64,000 bases of DNA. Origin: Octopus sinensis. Taxonomy: Eukaryota. The notes beneath the pieces are model-generated. The model made no database searches, was not told the DNA's origin, and saw nothing but the letters and a program-made list of their open reading frames with translations. The position numbers were made by a program, and so were the translations under genes. Shown in pieces: positions 26,694-40,769 of this stretch (positions within the stretch are counted from its first letter, which is position 1; each line of letters begins with the position of its first letter). The stretch is taken from the NCBI RefSeq assembly GCF_006345805.1, contig NC_043001.1:35774001-35838000 (forward strand), written 5' to 3'.

Positions 26694-27511
26694 AGTGTAT
26701 CTATATATTATATAATTACTATCAGTAAGGGTGAATCTTCACATCCCCCTGTATGTATGTGTGTACGTGTATGTAATTAGTCTGTATCCAGCTGAGACGC
26801 AAACAAAAACAAGAAAAAAACGAAAACCAAAAAAAATTTTGTCACACCTGGGTAATCATTAATTAGCCGGTTATCAATTATCGCGCCGACACAACCTTAA
26901 TCCTTATTTCTTTTCTGACTGAAATTTATTTTTAGTATTTCATTAGACATACATATGTGTGTGTATGTATGCGTAAACATAAACACTCACACGTACATAT
27001 AATGCTCATGTAAAAAAAAAAAAAAAAAAAAAAGAAATACGTTGACAGCCTGGAGATGGATCAAACTCGTCTAAGTTTATACGCTTTGATAGCTTAGAAA
27101 GATCTATTTCTCTCTCTTCTCACCCCTTATACACACATTCACATACACACACACACACATACATATACATACATGCGTACGTACATACATTTATATTCAC
27201 CAGGAAACTTCTTAAACTGGTTTGTTGCATATTTCTAGATGCGACTTTTAACATAGGCGTAGTTGCAGGATGGGATATATTTGTTTCGTATAGACTTATC
27301 ATTGACTCCCAGTCTATTAAAAAAGTGACTCTGAACAGAAATTGCGTTACTACCGTAAAGCATTTCGATTGAGGACTGAGCGCTGCAAGAGGTATGACCT
27401 ATTTCTATCCGGAAGTAGCGAAAACTACTGAGAAATTTGAATGTGAATTGCCCTGGAAAAGGAGTACTGGTATCAGGATACAAATAACTGATTAGTACTC
27501 TACTAACACGG

Positions 27512-27570
<59 letters not shown>

Positions 27571-28175
27571 TATATCTACATATATATTCAGTATATCATA
27601 ACATTATATATATTTATATATGGGCCTGGTTTCCGGGTTTCTGTGGTGTCTGTGTTCTCCTCGGCTGGACGGGACGCCAGTCCATCGCAGCGTTACTCAA
27701 GAAACAGGAAGAGGTTACAGTAGAAGACACTGAGGTTTCACGCAACGAGACTGAACCCAGAAAAATGTGTTTGGGAAGCAAGCTTCTTAGCACACAGCCA
27801 CTCATACGCCTATATATAATGTGGTGTGTGTATTTGTGTGTGGTGTGTGTGTGTGTGTGTGAGTGTATCTATATATTATATAATTACTATCAGTAAGGGT
27901 GAATCTTCACATCCCCCTGTATGTATGTGTGTACGTGTATGTAATTAGTCTGTATCCAGCTGAGACGCAAACAAAAACAAGAAAAAAACGAAAACCAAAA
28001 AAAATTTTGTCACACCTGGGTAATCATTAATTAGCCGGTTATCAATTATCGCGCCGACACAACCTTAATCCTTATTTCTTTTCTGACTGAAATTTATTTT
28101 TAGTATTTCATTAGACATACATATGTGTGTGTATGTATGCGTATACATAAACACTCACACGTACATATAATGCTC

Positions 28176-28206
<31 letters not shown>

Positions 28207-28681
28207 TACGTTGACAGCCTGGAGATGGATCAAACTCGTCTAAGTTTATACGCTTTGATAGCTTAGAAAGATCTATTTCTCTCTCTTTCTCACCCCTTAT
28301 ACACACATTCACATACACACACACACACATACATATACATACATGCGTACGTACATACATTTATATTCACCAGGAAACTTCTTAAACTGGTTTGTTGCAT
28401 ATTTCTAGATGCGACTTTTAACATAGGCGTAGTTGCAGGATGGGATATATTTGTTTCGTATAGACTTATCATTGACTCCCAGTCTATTAAAAAAGTGACT
28501 CTGAACAGAAATTGCGTACTACCGTAAAGCATTTCGATTGAGGACTGAGCGCTGCAAGAGGTATGACCTATTTCTATCCGGAAGTAGCGAAAACTACTGA
28601 GAAATTTGAATGTGAATTGCCCTTGGAAAAGGAGTACTGGTATCAGGATACAAATAACTGATTAGTACTCTACTAACACGG

Positions 28682-28744
<63 letters not shown>

Positions 28745-28997
28745 TATATCTACATATATATTCATGTATATCATAACATTATATATATTTATATATGGGC
28801 CTGGTTTCCGGGTTTCTGTGGTGTCTGTGTTCTCCTCGGCTGGACGGGACGCCAGTCCATCGCAGCGTTACTCAAGAAACAGGAAGAGGTTACAGTAGAA
28901 GACACTGAGGTTTCACGCAACGAGACTGAACCCAGAAAAATGTGTTTGGGAAGCAAGCTTCTTAGCACACAGCCACTCATACGCCTATATATAATGT
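26693..28997. repeat. ~1.17-kb tandem duplication (26693-27822 / 27861-28997)
   Basis: Collinear, near-identical copies bounded by (GT)n; duplicated ORF-track entries 27614-27805 / 28789-28980. Confidence 0.95.
27621..27812 (-). mobile_element. Chimeric SINE (family A head plus CORE-family tail); duplicated at 28795-28987
   Basis: Head TAGGCGTATGAGTGGCTGTG...; tail GAGTAACGCTGCGATGGACTGGCGTCCC matches 58680-58710. Confidence 0.7.
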
Positions 28998-29022
28998 GTG
29001 TGTGTGTATTTGTGTGTGTGTG

Positions 29023-29057
<35 letters not shown>

Positions 29058-29550
29058 ATTTGTGTGTGTGTGTGTGTGTGCGTGTGTGTGTATTTGTGTG
29101 TGTGTGTGTGTGTGTACATATATATTTGTATATGTATGTGTATGTGTGTGTGCACAGTGCTTATAACTTTGGAGAGGGATTTAGTCGACAGAAACTAACT
29201 GTGGTTGCTCGTAGTGTGTGCATGTATGTGTGTATGAATGAATGAATGAATGAATTAATTAATTAATTAGTCAATTTTTTATTTAATGCCTGGTGTGAGA
29301 TATATCAATCGTTGATGTATATCGGTTGAAGGTGTTGATATCGACGAATAAAAAAAAAAACAATAATCCGTTGCTTCCGAATAATAATGATTCGTAGTAT
29401 CTGTATCGTTTGTGTTGCACATACATATGCTCATAGCTCTTCTTAATGTAAAAGCAATGACCTAGTAACTGACCCGTCGTAACCAGTAAGTATGGGCGAT
29501 GCTATCGTTTACAATAATCTATCCGAAATATGAAGATATTTCGGATAGAT

Positions 29551-30006
29551 TAGGCGTAGGTGTGGCTGTGTGGTAAGTAGCTTGCTAGCCAACCACATGG
29601 TTCCGGGTTCAGTCCCACTGCGTGGCATCTTGGGCAAGTGTCTTCTGCTATAGCCCCGAGCCGACCAATGCCTTGTGAGTGGATTTGGTAGACGGAAACT
29701 GAAAGAAGCCTGTCTTATATATATTATATATATATATATATAATATATATATATCTATATATATATATAATATATATATATGTGTGTGTTTGTGTGTCTG
29801 TGTTTGTCCCCCTAGCATTGCTTGAAAACCGATGCTGGTGTGTTTACGTCCCCGTTACTTAGCGGTTCGGCAAAAGAGACCGATAGAATAAGTACTGGGC
29901 TTACAAAGATTAAGTCCCGAGGTCGATTTGCTTGACTAAAGGCGGTGCTCCAGTATGGCCGCAGTCAAATGACTTGAAACAAGTAAAAGAGTAAAGAGTA
30001 AGAGTA
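29551..30006 (+). mobile_element. SINE family A, full length (antisense to gene)
   Basis: TAGGCGTAGGTGTGGCTGTGTGG...AAGTAAAAGAGTAAAGAGTAAGAG. Confidence 0.9.
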
Positions 30007-32927
30007 TATGCATTCCTACATACATATGAAGATATGCTTTCGTACATGCATACATGCGCATATCCATACATACTAGAATATCCATACATATACATGAAGC
30101 GAAAGGAAGAGATGAATAAACAAGTTCTGCGAATATATATATGTTTGTTGTTACAAGGCATCAATGTGCATCGATAAAGATTGTCATCGAAAACAATTAT
30201 TTAATATAAATATATAAATCATGGCCCTGTTTAAGGAAATTTACTCTGATCCTCTTGTGGTGAGATCAATTATATTTTGTTTTATTGGCGTATTTTCATT
30301 ATTGAGCACTTCTATTAATCTACGTTTAGTTCACACAATTCAGGCAGACAGCGACCTCTAATGTAATATAACTCGTAAGAGAATGTGCACTTTTTCCCCA
30401 CCCCTGTTTTTATTAGTATAATAGAATATCCTTTGTTATGTTTGAAATCTCTTGGGAATATCAAAGAAAAGATAGAATTATAGAAGTATGATAAAATCAA
30501 CTTCCTATCATTCCTTAGTCAAAGAGAAATTCTGTACGTTGAGGTAATATAACATGACAAGTCATTGTTTTTGAAAAGGAGCTGAATTCTTGAGAAGTGT
30601 TCTTTTTCAATGGCATTAGCAAAAAGGAGAGGAGAGGAGAGGACTGGGTGTGTGTGAGTGAGATATGCTTGTACGTGAGTGAGCGTGTAAGTGTGTTTGC
30701 ATGTGTGTGGATGGTGGGGGTTATATCGCTGTTACTAATATCTTTCATCAACAACGGAATGTCCTTTACAGAACTTTCGTTAATCACGCGAGTCCTCTTA
30801 CATATGTTAGCTGTTTGATAGTGTGATATTATCAACTTTTCCCCCCTCTCTCCTTCTCTCTCTCTTTCTCTTTCCTCTCTCTTTGCCGCACTTTATCAAG
30901 CTTTATCATCTCCATCGCTAGTCTTTATTACTTTTTTTTCCTTCTCCTCCATTCATTCAGTTTTATCACTGTCTCACTGATCAATCTACTAATCTAGCTT
31001 TATTTCCTTTAACTATCATGTCTTTGATATCCCCTCTGACTTTCTCTCTTCTGTGTTTCTCTCTGACACTCTCCATCTTGCTCTCCTTTCCTTCCACTTT
31101 TCCACCTCTCTCCCTCTCTCTTTCTCTCTGTGTATGTATATATCTCTTACCATCCAGCTTTCTGTTCTTTGTCCTTCTATTTCATTCCCCCTCTCTCTTT
31201 CTCCTTCTCCCTTTTTCTCCCTTTCTCTAACACTCCAACCAGTTTTCTCCTTTTCACTAAATATGTTCCGTACCTCCGATAAATATAACTGACGACAAAG
31301 TGGCTAAATTTTATTACTTAGGCAACAATTTAAAGAAGGAACGAAAAAAGAAAGAAAACAGCAGTATAAACAAATAGCAGTTTGGAAATGCTGAGAATAG
31401 TAATTTCATTTTGTATATTTAACAATAAACAGCGGAAATGTTTTCTCAACAAACAAAGTATACGTTGACAGATTAAATTCAATGAAATTACGATATAAGC
31501 TAACAGTAACAAGGTTATACAAGTTTATGTCATTGTAAAATACGAGGCAATACTTTAACAATTAGCAATGCAGATATTGATAATACTTCGCGTTGATATA
31601 CAATTATTGATAATGCATTGAAGACGTATAACGATATATCGCTTCAACTATAAGCGGGCAAGCTACGATACTGAAGTATATTATGTTTCCTGTAGATATC
31701 ACAACCAAGTGCCATATTTCGATTTAATATTATTTACTTTTTTTTCTTTATAATAAAATTATATAACTTAAATTTTAAATTCAACTTCATAACGTAAACT
31801 TGAAATTTATTTGCAGAAAAATTTGAAATCTGATGCATCTTAAGTCTGAACAAATTTGTTTTATCTCATGCAAATATGTGTATTTGGGTTTAAAGAAAAT
31901 CGCTAAAATCATTAGATTACTACTGAAATTTAAATATAGGACAAAAACGCATTTCTCTATCAGAAACTTGCTTTAAATTTTCAAATCATCCTGCCTATAA
32001 GTGTCTCTTGGATGGCGTTGCGTTCCAAGTCCATATAAATCAATCACCCAAATCCATTAACAGAGGTTTTTTTTTTATCTTTAACCATATTGAACCTTGT
32101 TTACCCAATGCCTAATTTTTCAGAGAACTGCATCCTTTTAATACAGCGTCCACTTACTAACCTGAAATAATCTAACCTAAAAATTAACCAGGCTAACCGC
32201 AAATGATTATATCATTCTTCCAGTTCAGGAAACCTTCACGGGGATACGAGTGGCATCGAGCGACAACCAAATAAACAAATGACATTGAATTCTAAGGCAG
32301 AGCATTTCATCTGCTTAGAACTCCGACGATGCATAGATAAATGCACAAAAGGAGATCTAGTGAACGACGATGATCTGGAGATTGTGAATTGTTCAATTGT
32401 TTGTCTAATCAATATGATCCAGTAGAAACCTCACCAATACATTTAGCTTCTTCTTATTCACAGGTCTATTTCAGATGCTCATTCAACGACATAATACGGT
32501 GCCTAGAGCAACGTAAAAATCACGTCCGCAACTGAAATCTTCCCATACAGCGACTTCGTTATATACGTACGTACACATATGTATCCATAAAATGTCTCAC
32601 AAAACTACTGATTAGTGGTTGTAGCCAATAAAATATGTACACTTGTTTCAATAACAGCTCGGTAATTACTGCTTTATGGTGTGGTCGGTACGAGTGCCCT
32701 TTTCCATCTGAGAGTCACTCAAATCTACACTATCCGCGATAGGATAAATTAAGTTGCTATTAATTCTGCTTTGGGCTGTTGAAAGGAAGATAGATATTGC
32801 AGAGAGGAATATGCTACCAAATAACACGACAAATTGATTATTTGCGGTTCTATGTCGCAGAAGGTGTTATACAGAAGATAGGAGATGGGGAAGCAGAATG
32901 GAAGCGACAATAATGCTGCTGCTGCTG

Positions 32928-32965
<38 letters not shown>

Positions 32966-33179
32966 GTGGTGATGATGATGTTGATCAGAAGGAGGAGGAA
33001 GAAAAGTGAAAATGGCATATAAGAAAAGCTAGTAAATGAAAATTATATATAATAGCAGGGAAAGAAATTGAGAGATTGAACGAAATCCAACACTGAGAAA
33101 TTGTGAAAGGCTTATATAATATCAGAATGCATATTGTGCCTGCGTGTATGTTTATATATATATATATATATATATAAAT

Positions 33180-33378
33180 TTTTACTCTTCTATTTGTTTC
33201 AGTCATTTGACTGCGGCCATGCTGGAGCACTGCCTTTAGACGAACAACTCGACCCAGGTCTTATTCTTTGTAAGCCTAGTACTGATTCTATCGATCTCTT
33301 TTGCCGAACCGTTAAGTTACAGTGACGTGAACACACCAGCATCGATTGTCAAGTGATGCTGGGGGGTACAGACACGAA

Positions 33379-33441
<63 letters not shown>

Positions 33442-33598
33442 ACACATACGACAGGTTTCTTTCAATTTCCGTCTACCAAATCCACTTACAAGGCTTTGGT
33501 CGGCCCGAGGCTATAGTAGAAGATACTTGCCCAAGGTGCCATGCATTGGAACTGAATCCGGAACCATTTGGTTGGTAAGCAAGCCTCTAACCACACAG
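33180..33598 (-). mobile_element. SINE family A
   Basis: Collinear; internal (CT)(CA) tract. Confidence 0.85.
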
Positions 33599-34009
33599 GC
33601 ACGTGTATATACATATGTATGTAATGTATGTATGTATGTAATGTATGTATGTATGCATGCATGCATGTATGTATGTATATTCATATGTATATGAAAAGGT
33701 TAAAAAAACAACCGGCAGAAAAGCGACATATGGATGAGGTAAAATGAAGAATGGAGATAGAACATCGAATGGATAAGTTTAAAGAAAAACGGAAGTCAGA
33801 AGGAATTGGAAAATGGAGTGAAAAGAGGCATCAAATGGGTTCAAATTTGCAATATTTTTATCAGTGTGGGAGAAAGAAATCATCTCATTAAAGGCTAATC
33901 TATGTTGAATGCCCAAAGACCCCGAGGTTAAACTTTCCATCACACTTCCATGATTTTTTCCAACCCCTCTGCTTTTCGTCCCTGATAGAAATTGATTCCG
34001 CTCAATGGT

Positions 34010-34257
34010 TTTATATATACATATATATATGTGTGTGTATATATATGTGCATATATATGTGTATATATATGTGTATATATATATATGTGTGTATATATAT
34101 ATGTGTATATATATATTATATGTATATATATATATGTGTATATATATATATATATGTATATATATATGTGTATATATATGTGTATATATATATATATGTG
34201 TGTATATATATGGTGTATATATATATATATTATATGTATATATATTATATATATATG

Positions 34258-34288
<31 letters not shown>

Positions 34289-34330
34289 GTATATGTAATA
34301 TATATATATGTATATATATAATATATATGG

Positions 34331-34398
<68 letters not shown>

Positions 34399-34406
34399 GT
34401 ATGTAT

Positions 34407-34445
<39 letters not shown>

Positions 34446-34785
34446 GTATGTATATATATATATATGTATATGTATGTATATATGTATATATGTATGTATG
34501 TATATATGTATATATGTATGTATGTATATATGTATATATGTATGTATATATATATGTATATATATGTATGTATATATATATATATTTATATATATATGTA
34601 TATATATATGTATATATTTATGTATATATATATATCTCGATAGATATATGCATACAAATATACATACATGAACAATGGTGTGTATGCGTGTTTGTAGCTA
34701 TACAGTCCTTATGAGCAGGTATATTCTTTATATATGTGTGTGTGCGTGTGTGTATATATTCGTGTTGTGTGTGTGTGTGTGTTTT
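34010..34785. repeat. Compound (TA)/(TATG)/(TG) block
   Basis: Direct reading. Confidence 0.95.
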
Positions 34786-35899
34786 TGCAGATGACAGAAA
34801 ACAGGGCACTCAATATCTGAAGTTGTGTTCACATTTAACAGTCATAGAATCGCCTCGCCATTACACGCATACACGCTTGGCGTATATATATATAAGTGTG
34901 TGTATATATAGATGTATACAGGCGTTCATGTGCATTCTTCCATGTCCATCTTTCTTTTCTTTTTTCTCTTTTGACTAATTTCTGACACCTAATCTTCCTT
35001 CTTTTCCTCTCCTTGTTTCCTCCTCTTCCCGCCTCTCTTCCTTATTTTCCACCAGTCTATTTCTTTCTTTACACATATGTCGCTCGCTGTTGTTACCGCG
35101 TGTATTTTATGCTTCCCTTTAGCACTCGCAGCGTCTTCATCTCACTATTTTCCCTTCTCCTGAGATCGAAAACTCTGCCCCACTCCATTATTATCTCGTC
35201 TTTAAATTACAACTCTCTGACCTTCTGTCTCCCTATTCCATTATACACATTCGTTTATTTTATATATATTTTTCTCATTTTTCTATCGTCTTTTTCACAG
35301 CTCTTTGCATTTCTCTCTCTCCACTCTAAAGCCTCTCCATTTTCTCTCTCTCTTACCATCTACTTTTTCTATTTCTTTACTTCTCTCTCTTGTCTGTTAA
35401 TCTATCTCGAACGTTTCATTCTCTACCTGCTTCTACGTTCTGCACGTCCCCACGTCTCCTTCCACAGCAATTCGTGACTGAAAGCTATCAATTAAACGCA
35501 TCTTTCTAGTGTTGTGATGTTAGACAAATTATCCTGACGAACACTGCTACGGCATCTATTAATCCTACCTTCAACACATCCAACCTTTGGCTGCAGCAGC
35601 TTATATCTACCTTCGGCGCACGTCTTCATAAAATTAGCCTATTGCTCTCTCTCTCTCTCTCTCTCTCTCTGTTTGTGTCTCTCCCCTCAGCCTGTATATA
35701 TGCATGTGTATATATCTAATTTTGTTTCTCTAAAACAATCTTCATCTTCAAACATTATATTATCTGTAGTCACTCTTCACTCACTTTGCCTTTCCATAAA
35801 GGCTTCTCTTAATTTTTTTTTGTAAAATTTGGACAATACATGTTTCATATATACACACACACGTGTGTGTGCATGTATGCATATGACACACATATATAA

Positions 35900-36183
35900 A
35901 TGATTTATTATTATTATTACTATTTATTATCATTATTATCATTATCATTATTATCATTATTATTATTATTATTATCATTATTATCATTATTATTATTATA
36001 TTATTATTATCATTATCATTATCATTATTATTATTGTCATTATCATTATTATTATTGTCATTATCATTATTATCATTATTATTGTCATTATCATTATTAT
36101 CATTATCATTATTATCATTATCATTATTATCATTATCATTATTATTATCATTATTGTTATTATTATTATCATCATCATTATTA

Positions 36184-36214
<31 letters not shown>

Positions 36215-36272
36215 CATTATTATTGTCATTATTATTATCATTATTATTATCATCATTATTATTATTATTATT
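35900..36272. repeat. Compound (ATT)/(ATC) trinucleotide repeat
   Basis: Direct reading; source of the poly-N/poly-Y pseudo-ORFs. Confidence 0.95.
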
Positions 36273-36626
36273 CAAGCAAAGTTTGTTATTATCTCAATGC
36301 CTTGCATTGTATTTGTTTTCGCGTCGTTAGAGTTGTGGCTTTCTTCAATACAAGTTCAATGATGTTGTAACTACAGTTGAAGTAGTTAAAAAGGGCTTCG
36401 GCTCTAATTGACTTGAGATTTCAGACTTCTGGGAAGAACTAGGCCATGAGGACTGTGCTCCGGGCAATTTTTTGGTAGAGCAGCATTGCATTCCATTCTG
36501 AAATGTGTATAGTTCCATGCCGAATATCCTACTCCATTAGAGAGCCGTTATTTTTTCGCCTCTTTGCCGCAATCGGCCGCATAATGGACGTGATTATTAA
36601 TGCTAATTATATGTGATGCTGGATAA

Positions 36627-37121
36627 CTACTACTACTACTACTGCTGCTGATCCGAGAACTGCCTGCGCTACTACTACTCCAAAAACTGTTCTAGTTGCT
36701 GCTGCTACTACTTCTGCTAACGCTAGTGCTGCTACTGCTGGTGCTGCTACTGCTACTACGATTTCCCTAGCTATTACTACAACTGTCCTAGCTACTACTA
36801 CTATTACTAAAATTGCCTAAGCTATTACTGCTACTATATTTCCCCAAGATGTTATACTACTATTACAATTGTTCTAGCTACTACTACTGCTACTATTACT
36901 ACTAAGTACAGTTGACCTTGCTACTTGTTACTGCTACTGCTAACGTGCCCTACCTACCACCACCACTACAACTGCCCTATCTAATCCTATTCTATTATTA
37001 CCCTCCTACTATCAAAATTGCCCGCGCTACTACTACTAAGACAACTATTGTTACTACTACTCCACTAGTGAAATTGCCCTAACAGCTAAAATTATTCCTT
37101 AAGCTGCTGCTGCTGCTACTA

Positions 37122-37170
<49 letters not shown>
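36627..37170. repeat. Degenerate (CTA)/(CTG)-based minisatellite
   Basis: About 12 recurrences of an AAYTGYCCTAG-like motif among CTA runs. Confidence 0.8.
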
Positions 37171-37171
<1 letters not shown>

Positions 37172-37590
37172 CTGACGCTGATCCAGTGGTTAGAAAAGTT
37201 CTGGAAACAAAGTGACCCACCGTATTTATCAAATCTAAGTTTTGCAAAGAAATTTAATATACAGACGTACTGTGTCATAGGATTCTACACCAAATTACCA
37301 ACTACTGATTTTATTAATTGTAATCCATGTCTTTGTATATATATTTATATGTTGTTTTTAATCCTCCTTTATCATATATTGAGAGCATCCTTCCATTGTT
37401 ACTTGTCGTCCCAATCAATATCTCCCTTTTTTAAATACAATTTTTTTTGCTGATAGTGATCTCGAAGTACGATTGCAGTCCGACGAAGACTTAGCTGGCC
37501 GAAACTTCGAAATCACTGTAAACAAAATTCTTGCATAAGAATAATGAAATTACACTCTACAAAAGAGATTAAAGTAAAATTTTATCATTA

Positions 37591-37650
37591 CTAGCAGTAT
37601 AACCCGGCTTTGCCCGGGATTAAGTTAGGATTGAACAGTAAAAATTATCT
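37591..37650 (-). mobile_element. Helitron 3' end fragment
   Basis: CCCGGGCAAAGCCGGG hairpin followed by TTATACTGCTAG|T on the minus strand. Confidence 0.6.
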
Positions 37651-37654
37651 GAAA

Positions 37655-37775
37655 TGGCTGTGTGGTAAGAAACTTGCTTCCCAACCACATGGTTCCGGGT
37701 TCAGTCCCACCTCGGGCATGTGTCTTTTACTACAGCCGAAGGCTGAACAAAACGGAAACTAAAAGAAGCCCGTCG

Positions 37776-37849
<74 letters not shown>

Positions 37850-38052
37850 TGTGTCTGTGTTTGTCCCCCTACGATCACTTGACAACCGATATTAGTGTGT
37901 TTACATCTCCGTAACTCAACGGTTCGGCAAAAGAGACCGATAGAAGAAATAGGCTTAGAAAGACTAAGTCCTGGGGTCGATTTCTACGACTAATAGGGGT
38001 GCTCCAGCATGGGCGCAGTTAAATGACAGAAGCAAGTACAAGAATACAAGAA
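37655..38052 (+). mobile_element. SINE family A (antisense to gene)
   Basis: Collinear; internal (GT)n. Confidence 0.85.
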
Positions 38053-38053
38053 C

Positions 38054-38086
<33 letters not shown>

Positions 38087-38793
38087 GCAATAATAATTCT
38101 CTAAACGATATATATATATATATATATATTAATGGCGACCTCGACACTCGGGCTGTTTGGGCTTAGCCCGAGTATAAACTTAGTAAAGTTAACGTGTATT
38201 TGCAAATTGATTTAATTTCTGCCAACAGTGACTTCAAGTATGTAATTGCAGCCCATAACTCGGGCTCCTTTCATTAAGCCTGGTCACAGTTCATTATATT
38301 TTTCAGCGTCTGAGGGAAGAGACACAAAAATATCATTCGTAGCACACGTTCTCTCGACATTGTTCGCACGTGCCTGACTCGGGCTCAGAAGTTACAGCCA
38401 TAGTTGTTATCTACAATCGTAAAAATAAAGAGTAATTCAAATTCAATTTTTCTTGAAACACTGAATTTCTATAGCGATTAGGATTTAAATTCCAATCTAT
38501 GGAAAGTTCCCGTTCTATAAGATTCTTAATGAAACGAAAAATTATCCAGCAACTCAGACTAATACGAACGAACCTGGTAGGTGTAAAAGACTAACTGGCA
38601 TCTCTTGTCAAGAGTACTAGTGACAGTCAAATCGCTGATTTTTGTTGTACACTCTGTTGCTGTTATTTGATTGCTGTTATTCTGTGCGTCTATGTGTAAA
38701 GATCGGTTGTGTTTAGCAGGGTTGCTTTATTTTAACAGTTAACATAGAAATGGAGAAAGACATAGTGCTAGATATAAAAAATGTAAATAAATA

Positions 38794-39317
38794 CCGTAAA
38801 TCCTCGAGTATAGTACGCCCTTGAGTATAATTCGCAGGGGATTTTTAGGGAGTTGTCCTTCTGAAAAACCTAAACCTTGTGTATAATACGCACCCCTTCT
38901 CTAACTTGAGTCGTGCGTAATTAAGCCAGAAGCACCTAGTCGAACAAAACACTTCGGCGCATGCGTAATACAATAATGGTGATGTTCTTAACTGTTACAT
39001 GGGAATGTAAATATGTTTGCAAACTGTTTTTGTTGCATGTTATTCTGTGTTCTGAATACTTTTATTTTAATAAATGTTGCTTACTGCAAGTTATGGATGA
39101 TTCTTTTATGACTTCATTACTTTCAGGCTTAGCTTAAGGTATTTTCGCGCACGACATTACAAAATGCGTCTGAATAAACATTGCCGAACAGCAAATAGAG
39201 ACTCGCACATTGCTTAGAAAATATTTTTCATTTTTAACCTCGTATATAATACGCTCTAGGGATTTTGACATTTAAATTTTGGGGAAAAAAATGCGGATTA
39301 TACTCGAGGATTTACGG
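38794..39317. mobile_element. pogo/Tigger-like MITE
   Basis: Perfect 19-bp TIRs CCGTAAATCCTCGAGTATA...TATACTCGAGGATTTACGG, with TA on both sides; internal subterminal echoes (GTATAATACGC); no ORF. Confidence 0.88.
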
Positions 39318-39949
39318 TAAGCCATTCAGAGCTAGAAATATTGCGGAAAAATGAGAGATTCTTCTAGCAAGCATGTATCTGAGGCGAAATCTGTGATGAG
39401 CCCGTTCCGTTGTGGGGAAGGAAAATTTCTGAGATATATTTTAAGAAGATTGGTCTCAGTTGAACTCATTGCACCGCTTCTTAACTCACATATTGTACGT
39501 TCATGCATATAGTTACCCTTCGAATGTTGATGATTCACTATTTCAATAAGGCAAAGTATATTTTTAAATGTATTGAATAATTTTCACCAGATTTCCCACA
39601 CAAATACGTTTGTGCGTGCGTGCATGTAAGTGTATATGCATATGAATGTCTATGTATGGGGATGCGTGCATGTGATTGTGTTACTGCAATGCATGTGTAA
39701 AATTGCATTATTATTAAGGTGTTTGTTTCGTGCGTGCATATATGATTTTGGGTTATCTAAACTTAATAGAAAAATCTTGAGACTCTATTTAAACTACCAG
39801 TTTTCAATTAATATTTTTGAATAAGAAAAAAAATTTTTTGTAAATATTTTGGAATATCCCGCTGATCTTTGTTACTTGTTTAGTCTTTTGTAGGAAACAG
39901 GCATTGCGTGGCATTTCACTAGTACTTGTAGGTTTTCAATATTTGGAAC

Positions 39950-40068
39950 AATGTGTGTGTGCGTGCGTGCGTGCGTGTGTGTACGTGCGTTTGTGCAGGC
40001 GAATTGTGCGCATGTGTATACATATATATATATATACATATGTATATATATATATATGCATATATACA

Positions 40069-40109
<41 letters not shown>

Positions 40110-40255
40110 TATGTATATATATATATATATGCATATATACATATATGTATATATATATATATATATATACATATGTATATATATATGTATATATATATAT
40201 ATATATACATATATGTATATATATATATATACGAATTTGCTTGCGCACACACACG
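39950..40255. repeat. (TG)/(TA) block
   Basis: Direct reading. Confidence 0.95.
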
Positions 40256-40769
40256 CAGTGTTCCAAGTACTGAGAACGTACAAGCAACGTTGTTGTTAAG
40301 AATTAAGATCAAATTATTTTCCTTTTTAACCAATCACATCACAAAATAAAATACGACTACGATTGCAATACAGTTAATAAAATGGATGTTGTTCCCATTT
40401 AACGCTAGGCGAGCTTTCAATGATCAACGGCTTAGCCGTAACCTCTTGTTTTCTTGAAGCATACTGTGATTACCCACCACGTCATCTTTCTTTTCCCGTT
40501 AAGATAAATAAGAAGGTGCGTGATTTAAAATATTTTTAGTCGATTTATATTGCAGGTTATGCGACTAGGCAGTGGATCTCTCTCTCACTACGGTTAACCG
40601 GTTCAATTGCAGGTGCATCATTGCCTCAGTCGTCTACACCAATTTATTGAAATGTCTTGAAACGTCAAGAGTATTGGCAATAGAAAAATAATGAGTAGAA
40701 TTTGTGAGGGAAGGGATGATCAAGAGATGCATTCTTCATGTAAAACAAACTACTAAGCTAATGCTAATA

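Noticed and set aside
32287-32323. Imperfect ~14-bp hairpin; also a 20-bp palindrome at 52741-52760
   Set aside because: Short AT-rich inverted repeats are expected by chance in 64 kb; no supporting context.
35781-36370. Poly-Asn/Asp, poly-Tyr/His and poly-Leu/Ser ORFs
   Set aside because: Translation of an (ATT)/(ATC) repeat in multiple frames; no splice or domain context.
36627-37170. Repeat-spacer appearance suggestive of CRISPR
   Set aside because: Eukaryotic intron; repeats are degenerate, spacers are low-complexity triplets, and there are no cas genes.
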